A stretch of DNA of 64,000 nt from Octopus vulgaris (Eukaryota): positions 121,644,001 through 121,708,000 of the forward strand of contig OX597818.1 of assembly GCA_951406725.2 (NCBI GenBank). The letters run 5' to 3'. A model generated the notes under the pieces. It had not been told where the DNA came from, made no database searches, and saw only the letters and a program-made list of their open reading frames with translations. The translations under genes and the position numbers were made by a program. Below are positions 11,621 through 23,249 of the stretch, piece after piece (the first letter of the stretch is position 1; each line of letters begins with the position of its first letter).

Positions 11621-11701
11621 CAAGCTGGTCTACATCCTACAGCGGATCAAATAGAGCTCTTTGCTTACCATTTGCCTAATGCTACTCTCTCAAATTTGAT
11701 G
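11621..11701 (+). CDS. SUPV3L1: SUV3 exon [27 protein letters not shown]
   Basis: long poly-T tract, ttacag|CAA...TTG ATG|gtaagt; 81 nt, phase 0 to 0; matches the AGLHPTAEQIE.FAYHLP motif of SUV3. Confidence 0.95.
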
Positions 11702-12265
11702 GTAAGTCTCATTTGAAATGTATACTCTTTTTTTTTTTTTTGAAACTCTTTTTTACTTGTTTCAGTCACTTATTTGACTGCGGCCATGCTGGAGTGTTGC
11801 TTTAAAGGATATTAGTTGAAGAAATCAACCCTCCGGGACTTATTTGCTGTAGTGAGCCTAGTACTTATTCTATCGGTCTCTTTTGCTGAACCACTAGTTT
11901 ATGGGGACAGAAGCACACCAGCAACGGTTATCAAGTAAATGTTGGGGGCAGGGCACACCAACACACACACAAACATACATACGTACATGCATACATACAT
12001 ACATACATACAGCCATCAACTCATCCATCCATCATTAAGTATGTATGAGCTAGGAGTTAGACAACCATCTAAGGGATAATAAATATCCAATATACTACTG
12101 GAGGGTTACTTATTTATATTCAAATGCTTACTGTTGCAAGGCAATAGTGCAATTAAGTAATAGGTACAAACAAAAGTTTATCCAGAATTTATAAAAGGCA
12201 AAAAGAAAATGGGGAAGAGATTTAATTGACAAACATCAATAAGATTTATTTATAATAATCTTAGG

Positions 12266-12430
12266 AATAAATAAATAAATACAACTCCACTTTTAATGGT
12301 ATCCTTACCATTATGGACTTCCTGACTCTCTGATGAAGCTTTGGGGTTCAGTTTTTGTATATGTCAACTTCAGCATACTGGACCCCCAAAGAAGAAGCAG
12401 CTGTAAGAGTGGAGTTGTATTTATTTATTT
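12266..12430 (+). mobile_element. Penelope-like remnant with degenerate hammerhead (long stem II)
   Basis: ACTCT CTGATGA A GCTTTGGGG...CCCCAAAG..GAAG CAGCTG TA AGAGT at 12325-12410; flanked by inverted aaataaatacaactccact/agtggagttgtatttattt. Confidence 0.55.
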
Positions 12431-13218
12431 ACCTCTTTTACTTGTTTCAGTCATTTGACTGTGGCCATGCTGGAGCACCGCCTTTAGTTGAGCAAATCAA
12501 CCCCAAAACTTATTCTTTGTAAGCCTTGTACTTATTCTATCAGTCTCTTTTGCCGAACCGCTAAGTTACGAGGACGTAAACTCACCAGCATTGGTTGTCA
12601 AGTGATGCTGGGGGGATAGACACAGACACACAAGCTTACACACACACACACACATATACATATATACGACGGGCTTCTTTCAGTTTCCGTCTACCAAATC
12701 CACTCATAAGGCTTTGGTCGGCCTGAGGCTATAGTAGAAGGCACTTGCCCAAGGTGTCACGCAATGGGACTGAACCTATAATAATCATAGTCATGGCAGA
12801 TACTGGCATCATGCAACTGGCACCCATGCCAGTGGCATGTAAAAGCAACTATTACACTCTCAGAGTGGTTGGCGTTAGGAAGGGTATCCAGCTGTAGAAA
12901 CACTGCCAAATCAGACTGGAGTCTGGAGCAGCCACTCTGCTTACCAGCCTTGGTCAAACCGTCCAACCCATACCACCATGGACAACAGATGATGACGACG
13001 ACGATGACGAATTGAATTATTATGTACTTTACTGTGTTTTTTATGCATGCGATCTCCTGGTCTGTGGAAAAATTGTCTTGTATGGAACCAGTCTATGCAT
13101 GAAATGCCAGTAAGCATTTTGCTCACCATTCTGCTTGTTGGCCACCTTGCTCTACATAAATATTAACAAACTGTTGTTGGGTAACTTGATTTTTTATGAT
13201 TTCTTTTTCTATTTGCAG

Positions 13219-13398
13219 GACATCTTTGTGACTCTGTCACAACTGGACAGCAACCTATACTTCATGTGTAACATTGACGACTTTAAATTTCTGGCCGACA
13301 TGATAGAACATGTTCCTTTGTCGCTGAGGGTCCGCTATGTCTTTTGCTGTTCACCAATTCCCAAAAAGCAACCGTTTGTCTGCACTGGTTTTCTCAAG
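13219..13398 (+). CDS. SUPV3L1: SUV3 C-terminal domain exon [10 protein letters not shown]...[28 protein letters not shown]
   Basis: ttgcag|GAC...CTC AAG|gtttgt; 180 nt, phase 0 to 0. Confidence 0.95.
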
Positions 13399-13679
13399 GT
13401 TTGTCAACCCATATGCTAATTCAAAGAATTGAAAAAAATAGAAGAAATGAAATTAGAAACAATAACTGAACCGTCTCTTTATGTAGCTGTCAGTCTGTCG
13501 GTTCCGATGACAAGGGTTCCAAGCTGATCCAATCGATGGGACAGCCTGCTCGTGAAATTAACGTGCAAGTGGCTGAGTATTCCACAGACATGTATCCTTA
13601 ACATTGTTCTCATAGAAATTCAGCATGACACAGAATGTGATAAGACTGGCTCATTGAATTACTGGTACATCTCTTTTTT

Positions 13680-13978
13680 GTTTGTTTGTTCCTTCTCGAG
13701 CCATGCCTGTCTCATAAGGGCCGGTTTCCTTGGCGTATAGGTTCCCCACCTGGACGGGACGCCGGTCTGTCGCAGGTGAGCTGCAAGATGAAGGAGGAAA
13801 GAGTGAGAGAAAGTTGTGGCGAAAGAGTCAGCAGAAGTTTGCCATTACCTTCTGCCGGAGCCACGTGAAGCTTAGGTGTTTTACTCAAATACGCACACAT
13901 TGCCCGGTCTGGGATTCGAACCCGCGATCCTTCGACCGCGAATCCGCTGCTCTAACCACTAAGCCATGTGCCTCCACC
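13680..13978 (-). mobile_element. Young tRNA-derived SINE (family C) nested in an older SINE (about 13490-14120)
   Basis: Minus-strand head GGAGGCACATGGCTTAGTGGTTAGAGCAGCGG...GGGTTCGAATCCC with clear A and B boxes; related copies at about 28708-28805 (+) and 29850-30045 (-). Confidence 0.8.
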
Positions 13979-14804
13979 ATCTCTTTTTTACCAGTTCAGT
14001 GAACTAAAGCAATGTGAAATAGAGTGTCTTGCTCAAGGATGCAATGTGCCATCAGTTTCCAGACTTCTGACCTTCTGATCTTGAACTAAACACCCTAACC
14101 ACTAAGCCATGTGCTTTCACTCTCTTTATGTATGTGACTTCTGTTTTTTGCTTGTTTTAGTCACTGGGCTGTGGCCACACTGGAGTACTGCCTCAAAAGG
14201 TTTTGAGTCAAAGAAACTGCATTTATTTTGCTTTTTAAGTTTGGTAATTGTTTTGGCTGTATCTTTTGTCACACTACTACGTTTCAGGGTTGTAAACAAA
14301 CCAGCACAGGTTGTCAAGCTGTGTGTGGGGGATCAAATGCACACACACACACACACACACATGTGATGATAATAACATGATGGGCTTCTTCAAGGCTACA
14401 GTAGAAGACACTTTCCCACAGTGTTATGCAGTGGGACTGAACCTTGAACCATGTAGTTGGGAAGCAAGCTACTTGCCACACATCCATGCTTGCACCTACA
14501 CACACATACACACAAACACATGCACACACACACACATACACACACACATACGCACAAACTTGTTACCTTACCTGTTCAAATATATTTGAGGCGGCCCCCG
14601 TGCCGGTGGCATGTAAAAAGCACCCACTACACTCTCGGAGTGGTTGGCGTTACGAAGAGCATCCAGCTGTAGAAACTCTGCCAAATCAAGATTGGAGCCT
14701 GGTGCAGCCATCTGGTTTGCCAGCCCTCAGTCAAAATCGTCCAACCCATGCTAGCATGGAAAACGGACATTAAACGATGATGATAATGATGACAATTTGA
14801 ACGT

Positions 14805-15035
14805 GTAAGAAAGCCATGCACTATGTTTTGTAAGGAGAAAATTTCCTGCTGAAGAAAAACAAGTGAAAATACATGAAGTCAGCCCACAGCCTGGTTAGGT
14901 GTCACTGTGGGCTGACTTGATGTATTTACACCTATCTGTCTTCAGCTAGAAATTTTCTCTAACACAGCAAATAGCTTTCTTACAGGTCTGAATATGCCTC
15001 AAGCATATTTTGAACTTGTAACAAATTTGTGTTTA
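14805..15035. mobile_element. Fold-back remnant of the same Penelope family end seen at 50100-50215
   Basis: Imperfect ~85-bp inverted arms around aagtcagcccacag...ctgtgggctgactt; 3' part (gctttctta..gg..aatatgcctc.agcatatt.tgaac..gtaacaa) matches 50160-50215. Confidence 0.6.
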
Positions 15036-15454
15036 TACACACCACAACTTAATACTGTCATCCTGTAATATACACTTGCATACACACACACACATATATT
15101 TATATCATCATCATCATCGTTTAATGTGTCCGTTTTCCATGCTGGCATGGGTTGGATGGTTCAACTGGGGTCTGGGAAGCCAGGATCTGCGCCAGGCTCC
15201 AGTCTGACTTGGCAGTGTTTCTACAACTGGATGCCCTTCCTAATGCCAACCACTCCGAGAGTGTAGTGGGTGCTTTTTACATGATATATATATATATATA
15301 TTATATAAACGATGATGATGATGTTGATGGAATAAGCTTTACATTTGACAGGGTAATACGAATGCTGAAGGATTAATAAATCTTGCTCTATATTTAAAAA
15401 ATTTTTTTATTTTTAATTTTAATTAATTTTTCTGTCTCCTGTAATTCTTAACAG

Positions 15455-15603
15455 TTTGCTCGACGGTTTAGCTCGAATGAACCTTTGACATTTGACTGGC
15501 TTTGTAAACAAATTGACTGGCCATTCAAACCTCCGAAACTTCTGTCAGACCTTGTTCATCTTGAAGGAGTCTTTGATGTTCTTGATCTTTATCTCTGGCT
15601 TAG
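15455..15603 (+). CDS. SUPV3L1: SUV3 C-terminal domain exon [16 protein letters not shown]...[14 protein letters not shown](S)
   Basis: taacag|TTT...CTT AG|gtgagt; 149 nt, phase 0 to 2; LDLYLWLS motif. Confidence 0.95.
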
Positions 15604-16089
15604 GTGAGTACACTACCACATTTTTTACCTTCAGGGTGTCTACTTGTGTGATCAACTTGCTGAAAATAATCAAATTTCCCTTGAACTTTGCTCTTAAAAA
15701 TTATAGAAACAAAATTGAAACTATATTACTTATTTCTCATAAGATTGTTCTTCTAATGTTCTATAAAATTAAATATAAACTATAACACTCTCGGAGTGGT
15801 TGGCGTTAGGAAGGGCATCCAGCTGTAGAAACACTGCCACATCTGACTGGCCTGGTGCAGCCTTCGGGCTTCCCAGACCCCAGTTGAACCGTCCAACCCA
15901 TGCTAGCATGGAAAGCGGACGTTAAACGATGATGATGATGATGATGATGATGACATGATAGGCTTCGAACTTTTATTGTTGGAATTAGCATGAGATGAAC
16001 AAGCAGTGGCAGATGACAAAAAATCTGTGCAAGGGAAGCAACACGAACTGTTGCTTACTTCTTAGTGTAATATTTTAATATTTTCTGTT

Positions 16090-17495
16090 CCAGGTGTGGA
16101 AGGAGGGTTTAGAATCGAGGGGCCTTAGAGTCAACCAAAGTACTAATAAGTAGGAAGGTAGACAATCCACAAATGTCTTCAGGAAGATGGCTCTGCTCGA
16201 TCTGTAGAAAAGGTGTAGGTAGAAACTCTATAAGATGTACCCAGTGTAAGCTATGGACACATAAGAGGTGCAGCAATGTCAAAGGAAGGCTAACTGGGAA
16301 GATAGTTTTTGTATGTGGCAGATGCTCGGGAGCATTAACCTCTGAAAATCTGCAGAAAACAACTGCCGTCACTTTCCAGGGGAAAAAACTAGAAGTAGTT
16401 GATAGCTTCCGTTATCTAGGTGACCAAGTCAGTAGTGGGGGTGGATGCGTTGAAAGTGTAACTGCTAGAGTAAGAATAGCCTGGGCAAAGTTTAGGGAGC
16501 TCTTACCTCTGCTGGTGACTAAAGGCCTCTCGCTCAGTAAAAGGCAGACTGTATGATGCATGTGTACGAACAGCCATGCTACATGGCAGTGAAACATGGG
16601 CCGTGACTGCTGAGGACATGTGTAAGCTCGCAAGGAATGAAGCCAGTATGCTCCGATGGATGTGTAATGTCAGTGTACATATTCGACAGAGCATTAGTAC
16701 CTTGAGAGAAATGTTGTACCTAAGAAGCATCAGTTGTGGTGTGCAAGAAAGACGATTGCGCTGGTATGGTCATGTGGCGAGAATGAATGAAGATAGGTGT
16801 GTGAAAAAGTGCCAATCCCTAGCAGTTGAGGGAACCTGTGGAAGAGGTAGACCCAGGAAAACCTGGGACGAGGTGGTGAAGCACGACCTTCGAACTTTAG
16901 GCCTCACTGAGGAAATGACCAGCGACCGAGACCTTTGGAAATATGCTGTACGTGAGAAGACCAGGCAGGACAAGTGAGTCCAGCCCACTTATGCATGCCT
17001 TTCCTCCCTTGGACACACAAAGACCTGTTGAGGTAAGCGAAGTCGATATCGAACCTCATCCAACGACAGGCACCCATGCCAACCCCCCTTTGCTTGCGAA
17101 GACCTGTTGGGGCAAGTGAAATCGGAATCGAAATTGAACCAATCCTATGACTGGCACCCGGCAGATGCCAGGACCCCTGGACTGGTGATACGTAAAAAGA
17201 ACTATCCGAATCGTGGCCGAAGCCAGTGCCGCCTCGACTGGCTTCCGTGCCAGTGGCACGTAAAATGCACCAATCCGACCATGGCTGTTGCCAGCCTTGC
17301 CTGGCACCTGTGCAGGTGGCACGTAAAAAGCACCCATTACACTCACGGAGTGGTTGGCGTTAGGAAGGGCATCCAGCTGTAGAAACATTGCCAGATAAGA
17401 CTGGAGCCTGGTGCAGCCTTCTGGCTTCCCAGATCCCCGGTCGAACCATCCAACCCATGCTAGCATGGAGAACTGACGTTAAATGATGATGATGT
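16090..17495 (+). mobile_element. 5'-truncated RTE-clade LINE (RT C-terminus with PHD-like Cys insert, frameshifted) plus 3' tail ending in (GAT)n
   Basis: LEVVDSFRYLGD...ARVRIAWAKFREL; LHGSETW...RRLRWYGHVARM...GRGRPRKTW; Cys cluster CSIC..CTQC..H..C..CGRC; tail gtccaacccatgctagcatgg...ttaaatgatgatgatg. Confidence 0.9.
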
Positions 17496-18068
17496 GTCTG
17501 GGGAGAGTCACTTTCTTTTTTTTCATTTTCCTAAAATTTTCGTTGCTAGGAAAATAAAAATAAGAAAAAAGTGGAAATTTTATCGGTGAATGTGTTACAT
17601 TATAAGGCACAAAAAGAAAATGACTCTCCCCAGACACAAACTCACATAAAGAACCTTGCAAACCAAATCCAAAAACGAAATTTTAACATTTTTTCCAATA
17701 AAAATCCCACTAAGACAATTTTTTTCTAGTAAGAATAGTTTTAGATGCTAATAAATACTTCTATGCTTAGATTAAGTTCCTGTCAATTCACAATCCCTAT
17801 GATACATATAAGATCTTGCATTGTTATGTAACACATAGGAAAAAGGAAGCAAGTTGACATTCTGCTTCCATCAGAAAAATGGTGACAAGATAACAGGCAC
17901 TTAGTTTTCTGCATTTATTCAACTAATGTTTTTATACTTTTTTCAAATTATAGAACACCCTTAAAATAAAATGTGATTTTTTATTTTATTTTAAAAATAG
18001 CTGTATAATATGAACATGTCAATTTGATTCAAATATCTATGTGACAGAAAATTTTGGTCATTGCACCC

Positions 18069-18102
<34 letters not shown>

Positions 18103-18103
<1 letters not shown>

Positions 18104-18333
18104 TTTATTTTTAAGCAGCAGAAAATTCAACAAAATCTGTTACTCTGAGTTTCTCGTTGCCGTTCATCAGACAGTTTTTGCTAGCAAAAACTGTCTGATG
18201 AACGGCAACAGAAACTCAGAGTAACAGATTTTGTTGAATTTTCTGCTGCTTAAAATAAAGCATATTACTCTACCACTGGTATTTGAGTACTCTTTTTTTC
18301 CACCTTGTTTCACATTTATGTGTTTACTCCGGT
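18103..18333. mobile_element. Near-perfect ~160-bp palindrome containing two opposed minimal hammerheads, between (TA)n tracts
   Basis: Centre GCTAGC at 18180-18185; + copy 18191-18227 CTGT CTGATGA A CGGCAAC(G)A GAAA CTCAGAG TA ACAG. Confidence 0.7.
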
Positions 18334-18985
18334 CTATATATATATATATATATATATATGAAAATTTCAATTTAGTTCATGCCCCTTCCTCCCATACATC
18401 TTTGATTTTATTATTGTTATCAGTTTGAAAATATAGCCACGAAATGTGCGTAGTCTTTTTATTACTATTTACTATTTATTGTACTTTATTGATTTTTAGA
18501 ATAAGGTTTTTATAGTATATGTTTTTTATATGGTGTGAATAACATCTTTCATTATTGAATTGTTTAATAGAGGTTTTGCTTTAAATTATATCCATATATT
18601 ATATATTGTGAAATTTGATTTAAAATTGTTAAATTGAATTTTTCCCTGTAAGTTTTGGAATTATATTCCCTACTATTATTATATATATATATATATATAA
18701 TTATGCCAGCTGAGTTCAATTCGTCTCTGGTCGAAAGACGCCTGTTGTGTAACATCGTCCGTTTTTCTGTCCTTGTTTCGTACACATTTGATTCTTTTTC
18801 CGAGCAAGCTAATGCCCTTAGTGGCCAGATTGCTGCAATCTCAAGATTAATCAGCCAAAATTGCGAGGATGATCCAGTTCTTGACTGAAGATTAAAGGCT
18901 TCGAATGACCCATCCGTGTTTTTTGTATCGTCTAATTGAATGTTTTGCGTTCTTGTCCCATTTTGTATTTTTTTATACATACATT

Positions 18986-19025
<40 letters not shown>

Positions 19026-19085
19026 ATATTGATGTATTTTGTTTATATATATCTTTGTTATGTTTGTTTATCTTTCATTTTGCAG

Positions 19086-19563
19086 TTACCGCTTCCCAGA
19101 TATGTTTCCAGATATTGAACAAGTGCGCTACATGCAACACGAACTCGACTCTATCATTCAAGTCGGCGTTTTTAACATCACCAGTTTGCTCAAGTCCAGC
19201 AAGCAACACACAACAGGAGTGAATGTTATTGACGACGATGAAGACTTCGATATGCGCAGTCGACTGAAAAGATCTTTGAAAACTTCTCTCGCTGAAACGA
19301 ACGAGGGAGATTTGGAGGATTTTTCTCCAGAATTATTGGAGGATTATGGTGAATACAATAAAAGTATCACTAGTAACAAGAAAACGCTCACAGACTCTTA
19401 TGTAAATGCCAAAAACCTCCAGAGTGTTGGGAGGTTAGAGCCAGGCCAAGGTAAACTCACTGCATATCTATTGAAGAAAGGTTTGTTGACGCCAAAAGTG
19501 CTTCGTAAGCTTCAAGAAGAATGGTCGTTAGAAGCTAACCATCATAGGAAGAAGAAAAAATAA
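19086..19563 (+). CDS. SUPV3L1: SUV3 terminal coding exon (YRFPDMFPD...GLLTPKVLRKLQEEW...RKKKK*)
   Basis: ttgcag|T TAC CGC; frame continues from previous exon to TAA 19561-19563; conserved C-terminal GLLTP..L..L..EW and basic tail. Confidence 0.95.
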
Positions 19564-19601
19564 TGACAATTAATGAAAAAGACTTTTTTATAGTTTAAAA
19601 C

Positions 19602-19612
19602 AATAAAATAAA
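19602..19612 (+). terminator. Overlapping AATAAA polyadenylation signals of SUV3 (short 3' UTR)
   Basis: cAATAAAATAAAttt about 40 nt after stop, followed by a T/GT-rich tract. Confidence 0.6.
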
Positions 19613-20288
19613 TTTCTATTTTTAATTTGTTTCTTCGTTCACTAACAGAAAGAAGATAATTCACTAAATTTCAAGGGAGGTAACCCTCAATTGATTTCAT
19701 AGTTTCTGAAGGAAAACCTGATAATACAAGGCTATTCTGTTGACCTTTGCTTCTACAACAAAGTAAATACTGTGGGAAAGTTACGTACCTAAATATTCAG
19801 TTCGATATTATAAACATAAGAAACAAAAAGAAAGGTGATAACTTAAAACAAAAATCAGCGGATTTTCTCAACTTTACTGGGCAAGGTTTACTCAAGGGAG
19901 GTAACCGACTGAAATCTTTTTTTTTTTTAGCAATAGTTAACTGGGTAAATGTGTGACATCTGCTAATATTGCTGTAACTACCAGTGTTATAAATTAATTA
20001 ATTTTATTTATTTATTTATTACAGAACATGCTGTCCTAAAAAAGAAAAAAATCAAACAAATAAAATCCATTGCATTTCGTTAATAATTATAACTGGGGAG
20101 ACATACTTTACGGGCGTTTTTAAAAAAAATCTTGGGGTTTGACTACAGAACGTAAAAAGCTGATTTTGTTCGATACCCTAATAATTGTCCTAAACCACCA
20201 CCCCTAAGATTGCTAATAGCGGTGCCAGGCTACACATTTTGGGGAAAAGTACTGTGGATTAAGTCCACCTAATTGTTAGACTGGTATA

Positions 20289-21095
20289 AAGCGGCGCGCT
20301 GGCGGAATCGTTAGCCCACCGGACGAAATGCTTAGCAGTATTTCGTCTGCCGCGACGTTCTGAGTTCAAATTCCACCGAGGTCGACTTTGCCTTTCATCC
20401 TTTCGGGGTCGATTAAATAAGTACCAGTTACGCACTGGGGTCGATATAATCGACTTAATCCGTTTGTCCTTCTTTGTCCCTTCTGTGTTTAGCCCCTTGT
20501 GGGTAGTAAAGAAATAGAAATAGGTATAATGCGGCTCGCTGGCGAAATCGTTAGCCCACCGGACGAAATGCTTAGAATTGTGCCTGTAAGTAGAAAGGGT
20601 TATTAATACTAATATTAATAAAGGCAGCGCGCTGGCAGAATCGTTAGCACGTCGGACAAAATGTTGTGGCAATTCGTCCATCTTTATGTTTTGAGTTCAA
20701 ATTCTACGGCCGTCGCCTTTGCCTTTCATCCTCCTAGGGATCTATATAATGCTTAGAATCTGCCAAAGGTCGACTTTGATTTCATCCTTTCGGGATCGAT
20801 AAAATAGGTACCTGGTGAGCACTCCGGATAAAGTTATCGTCCACGAATTTGCTCGTCTCATGCCAAAATTCGAAACCACCTCCTCCTCCTCACCATCATC
20901 ATCATCATGATGATGATGAAGGCGGCGAGCTAGTAGAGTTGTTAGTACGCCCATCAGAATACTTAACGGCATTTCGTCTGTCACCGCATTACAAGTTCAA
21001 ATACCGCCGAGGTCTACTGGGTTTTTAAAAAATCCTTTCGGTGTCGATAAGTACCAGTTGAGTACTGGGGTGGATGTGCCTATAGTAGAAAGAAT
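20289..21095 (+). mobile_element. Cluster of family-B SINE copies and fragments
   Basis: Repeated gctggc.gaatcgttagc...gagttcaaattc...gcctttcatcc. Confidence 0.8.
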
Positions 21096-21145
21096 TATTA
21101 AACTGGTTTCTATGTGATCGACAAGTAGAGAGCATCAACATGTTC

Positions 21146-21538
21146 GGCGCAGGAGTGGCTGTGTGGTAAGTAGCTTGCTTCCCAACCACAGGGTTCCGGG
21201 TTCAGTCTCACTGCGTGGCACCTTGGGCAAATGTCTTCTACTATAGCCTCGAGTCGACCAAAGCCTTGTGAGTGGATTTGGTAGATGGAAGCTGAAAGAT
21301 GGCCGTCGTATATATGTACGTATGTGTGTATATGTTTGTGTGTCTGTGTTTGTGCCCCCAACATCGCTTGACAACTGATGCTGGTGTGTTTATGTCCCCC
21401 GTAACTTAGCGGTTCGGCATAAGAAACCGATAGAATAAGTACTAGGCTGACAAAGAATAAGACCTGGGGGCGATTTACTCAACTAAAGGCGGTGCTCCAG
21501 CATGGCCACAGTCAAATGACTGAAAGAAGTAAAAGAGT
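21146..21538 (+). mobile_element. Full-length family-A SINE
   Basis: Complete head-core-(TA/TG)n-tail; further copies at about 9890-10280, 10927-11215, 34274-34724, 35720-36120 (+) and 12433-12778, 36590-37000, 59307-59733 (-). Confidence 0.88.
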
Positions 21539-22339
21539 AGATCTCCACCAGATCACATATCATCTAAATAATATATTTAAAAATTTACTTGTGAGATATA
21601 ATTCTGTGTCCATTGTCAAATAGCAAAAGAAGGGTGGTCATAGTTGGAGTATCTTTGATCATAGGTCGGCTAAGCGTTGATCTAGGGGCTATCCACTCTC
21701 CAAAGAACCCTTAAAATATGACAGCCAGTCATACTTAGCAGAATATAAGCCAAAATTGAAAGGGAGGTAACTAGATGTAGCAAGATATTTTAGTTGCTAT
21801 TGTGAGGATTGATTCATCTGACTTAATAATAGTGAAAAATAATAATGGTTTCAAATTTTCGCACAAGGCCAGCAATTTCCCAGGATTTGTAAGTTGATTA
21901 CATCGAGGCCAGTTCTCAACTGGTACTTATTTTATCGACTCCAAAAGGATGAAAGGTAAAGTCGATCTAGACGGAATTTGAACTCAGACGGACGAAATGC
22001 TGCTAAGCATTCTGTCAGCTTGCCGCCTTAATACTAATATTACTCTGTTACTTGTTTCAGTTATCTGTCTGTGGCCATGCTGGAGCACCGCCTTTAGTCG
22101 AGAAAATCGAAGGACGATGTAGACGTACTCTAGCATTAAGCTGGTATTTATTTTATCTATCAAGAAGAATGAAAAATAAAGTGGGGCCCTAGAATAGAAA
22201 TAAAAATTAGAGTGATACGAAACGAAAATGTTATAAGGTACTTTACCGATTATTCACTTAAAACAGCTTTCATCAATATTGGTTTCAAATTTTGGCAGAA
22301 GGGTGGCAGTTTCGCTGTTCTTATTTTATTGATCCCTGG

Positions 22340-22910
22340 GAAGATGAAAGGCAAAAGCGACCGCGGTGGGATTTGAACTCAAAACGTAAAGATGGACGAA
22401 ATTCCACAACATTTTGTCCGGCGTGCTAACGATTCTGCCAGCTCGCTGCCTTTTATTAATATAAGTATTAACAACCCTTTCTACTATATGCACAAGGCCT
22501 GGATTTTGTGGAGAGTGGGTACAGTCGAACACATCGTCTCCAGTACTCAATTGGTACTTGATTTATCGACCCTGAAAGGATGAAAGGCAAAGTCGACCTC
22601 GGCGGATTTTAAACTCAGAATGTAGCGGCAGACGAAATACCGCTAATCATTAATCGCTAACGATTCTGCCTGCTCACCGCCTTAATATTAATATTGATAA
22701 TTCTTTCTACTGGAAGCACAAAGCCTCAATTTTGGGGGAAGGGCTTAAATCGATTATATCGACCCCAGTTCGTAATTGGTACTTATTTAATCGACCCCGA
22801 AAGGGTGAAAGGCAAAGTCGATCTCCGCAGAATTTGAACTTAGAACTTAACGAAATACCGCTAAGCATTTACCCCGGGGTGCTAACCATTTTGCCTGCCC
22901 GCCACCTTAA
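22340..22910 (-). mobile_element. Three family-B SINE copies
   Basis: Reverse complement of family-B consensus (aaggatgaaaggcaaagtcgacc...gaatttgaactcagaa...). Confidence 0.8.
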
Positions 22911-23249
22911 TATTAGTATTATTAATAATAACATAACTAGCCTTTTCCTCGGATCACAAAGAAAATATTACATCGATAGCTAACTTCGAGTTGTGTAGCG
23001 TTTAAGGGAGATAAATCTTAACAAATTATGACTTCAGTGGTAAATTTCGTAATTTACTACTTTTATGATACTGGTTCAGAGTAGCAATGCTTTATACACT
23101 AGCTACAGTGCTACAACAAAGAATCACCACTAGAAATAGCAGTTAAATCTTCTTTGAATCACACCCAAACATTGTAAAAAAAGATTGAAGAAGTATTGGA
23201 TAATGTGGTACTAGACGCAATATATCTCCGCCTATCTCCGGGGACAGTG

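Noticed and set aside
13905-13978. tRNA gene candidate (A and B boxes)
   Set aside because: No acceptor-stem closure; it continues into a SINE body and has dispersed copies, so it is a SINE head.
18430-18990. Another hammerhead-bearing element in the last intron
   Set aside because: Has CTGAAGA and a Penelope-like look, but stems and GAAA could not be assembled consistently.
23211-23246. CTAG as the Helitron 3' end bounding the satellite
   Set aside because: No convincing GC hairpin at the right distance, and the CTAG seems to belong to a different dispersed repeat.
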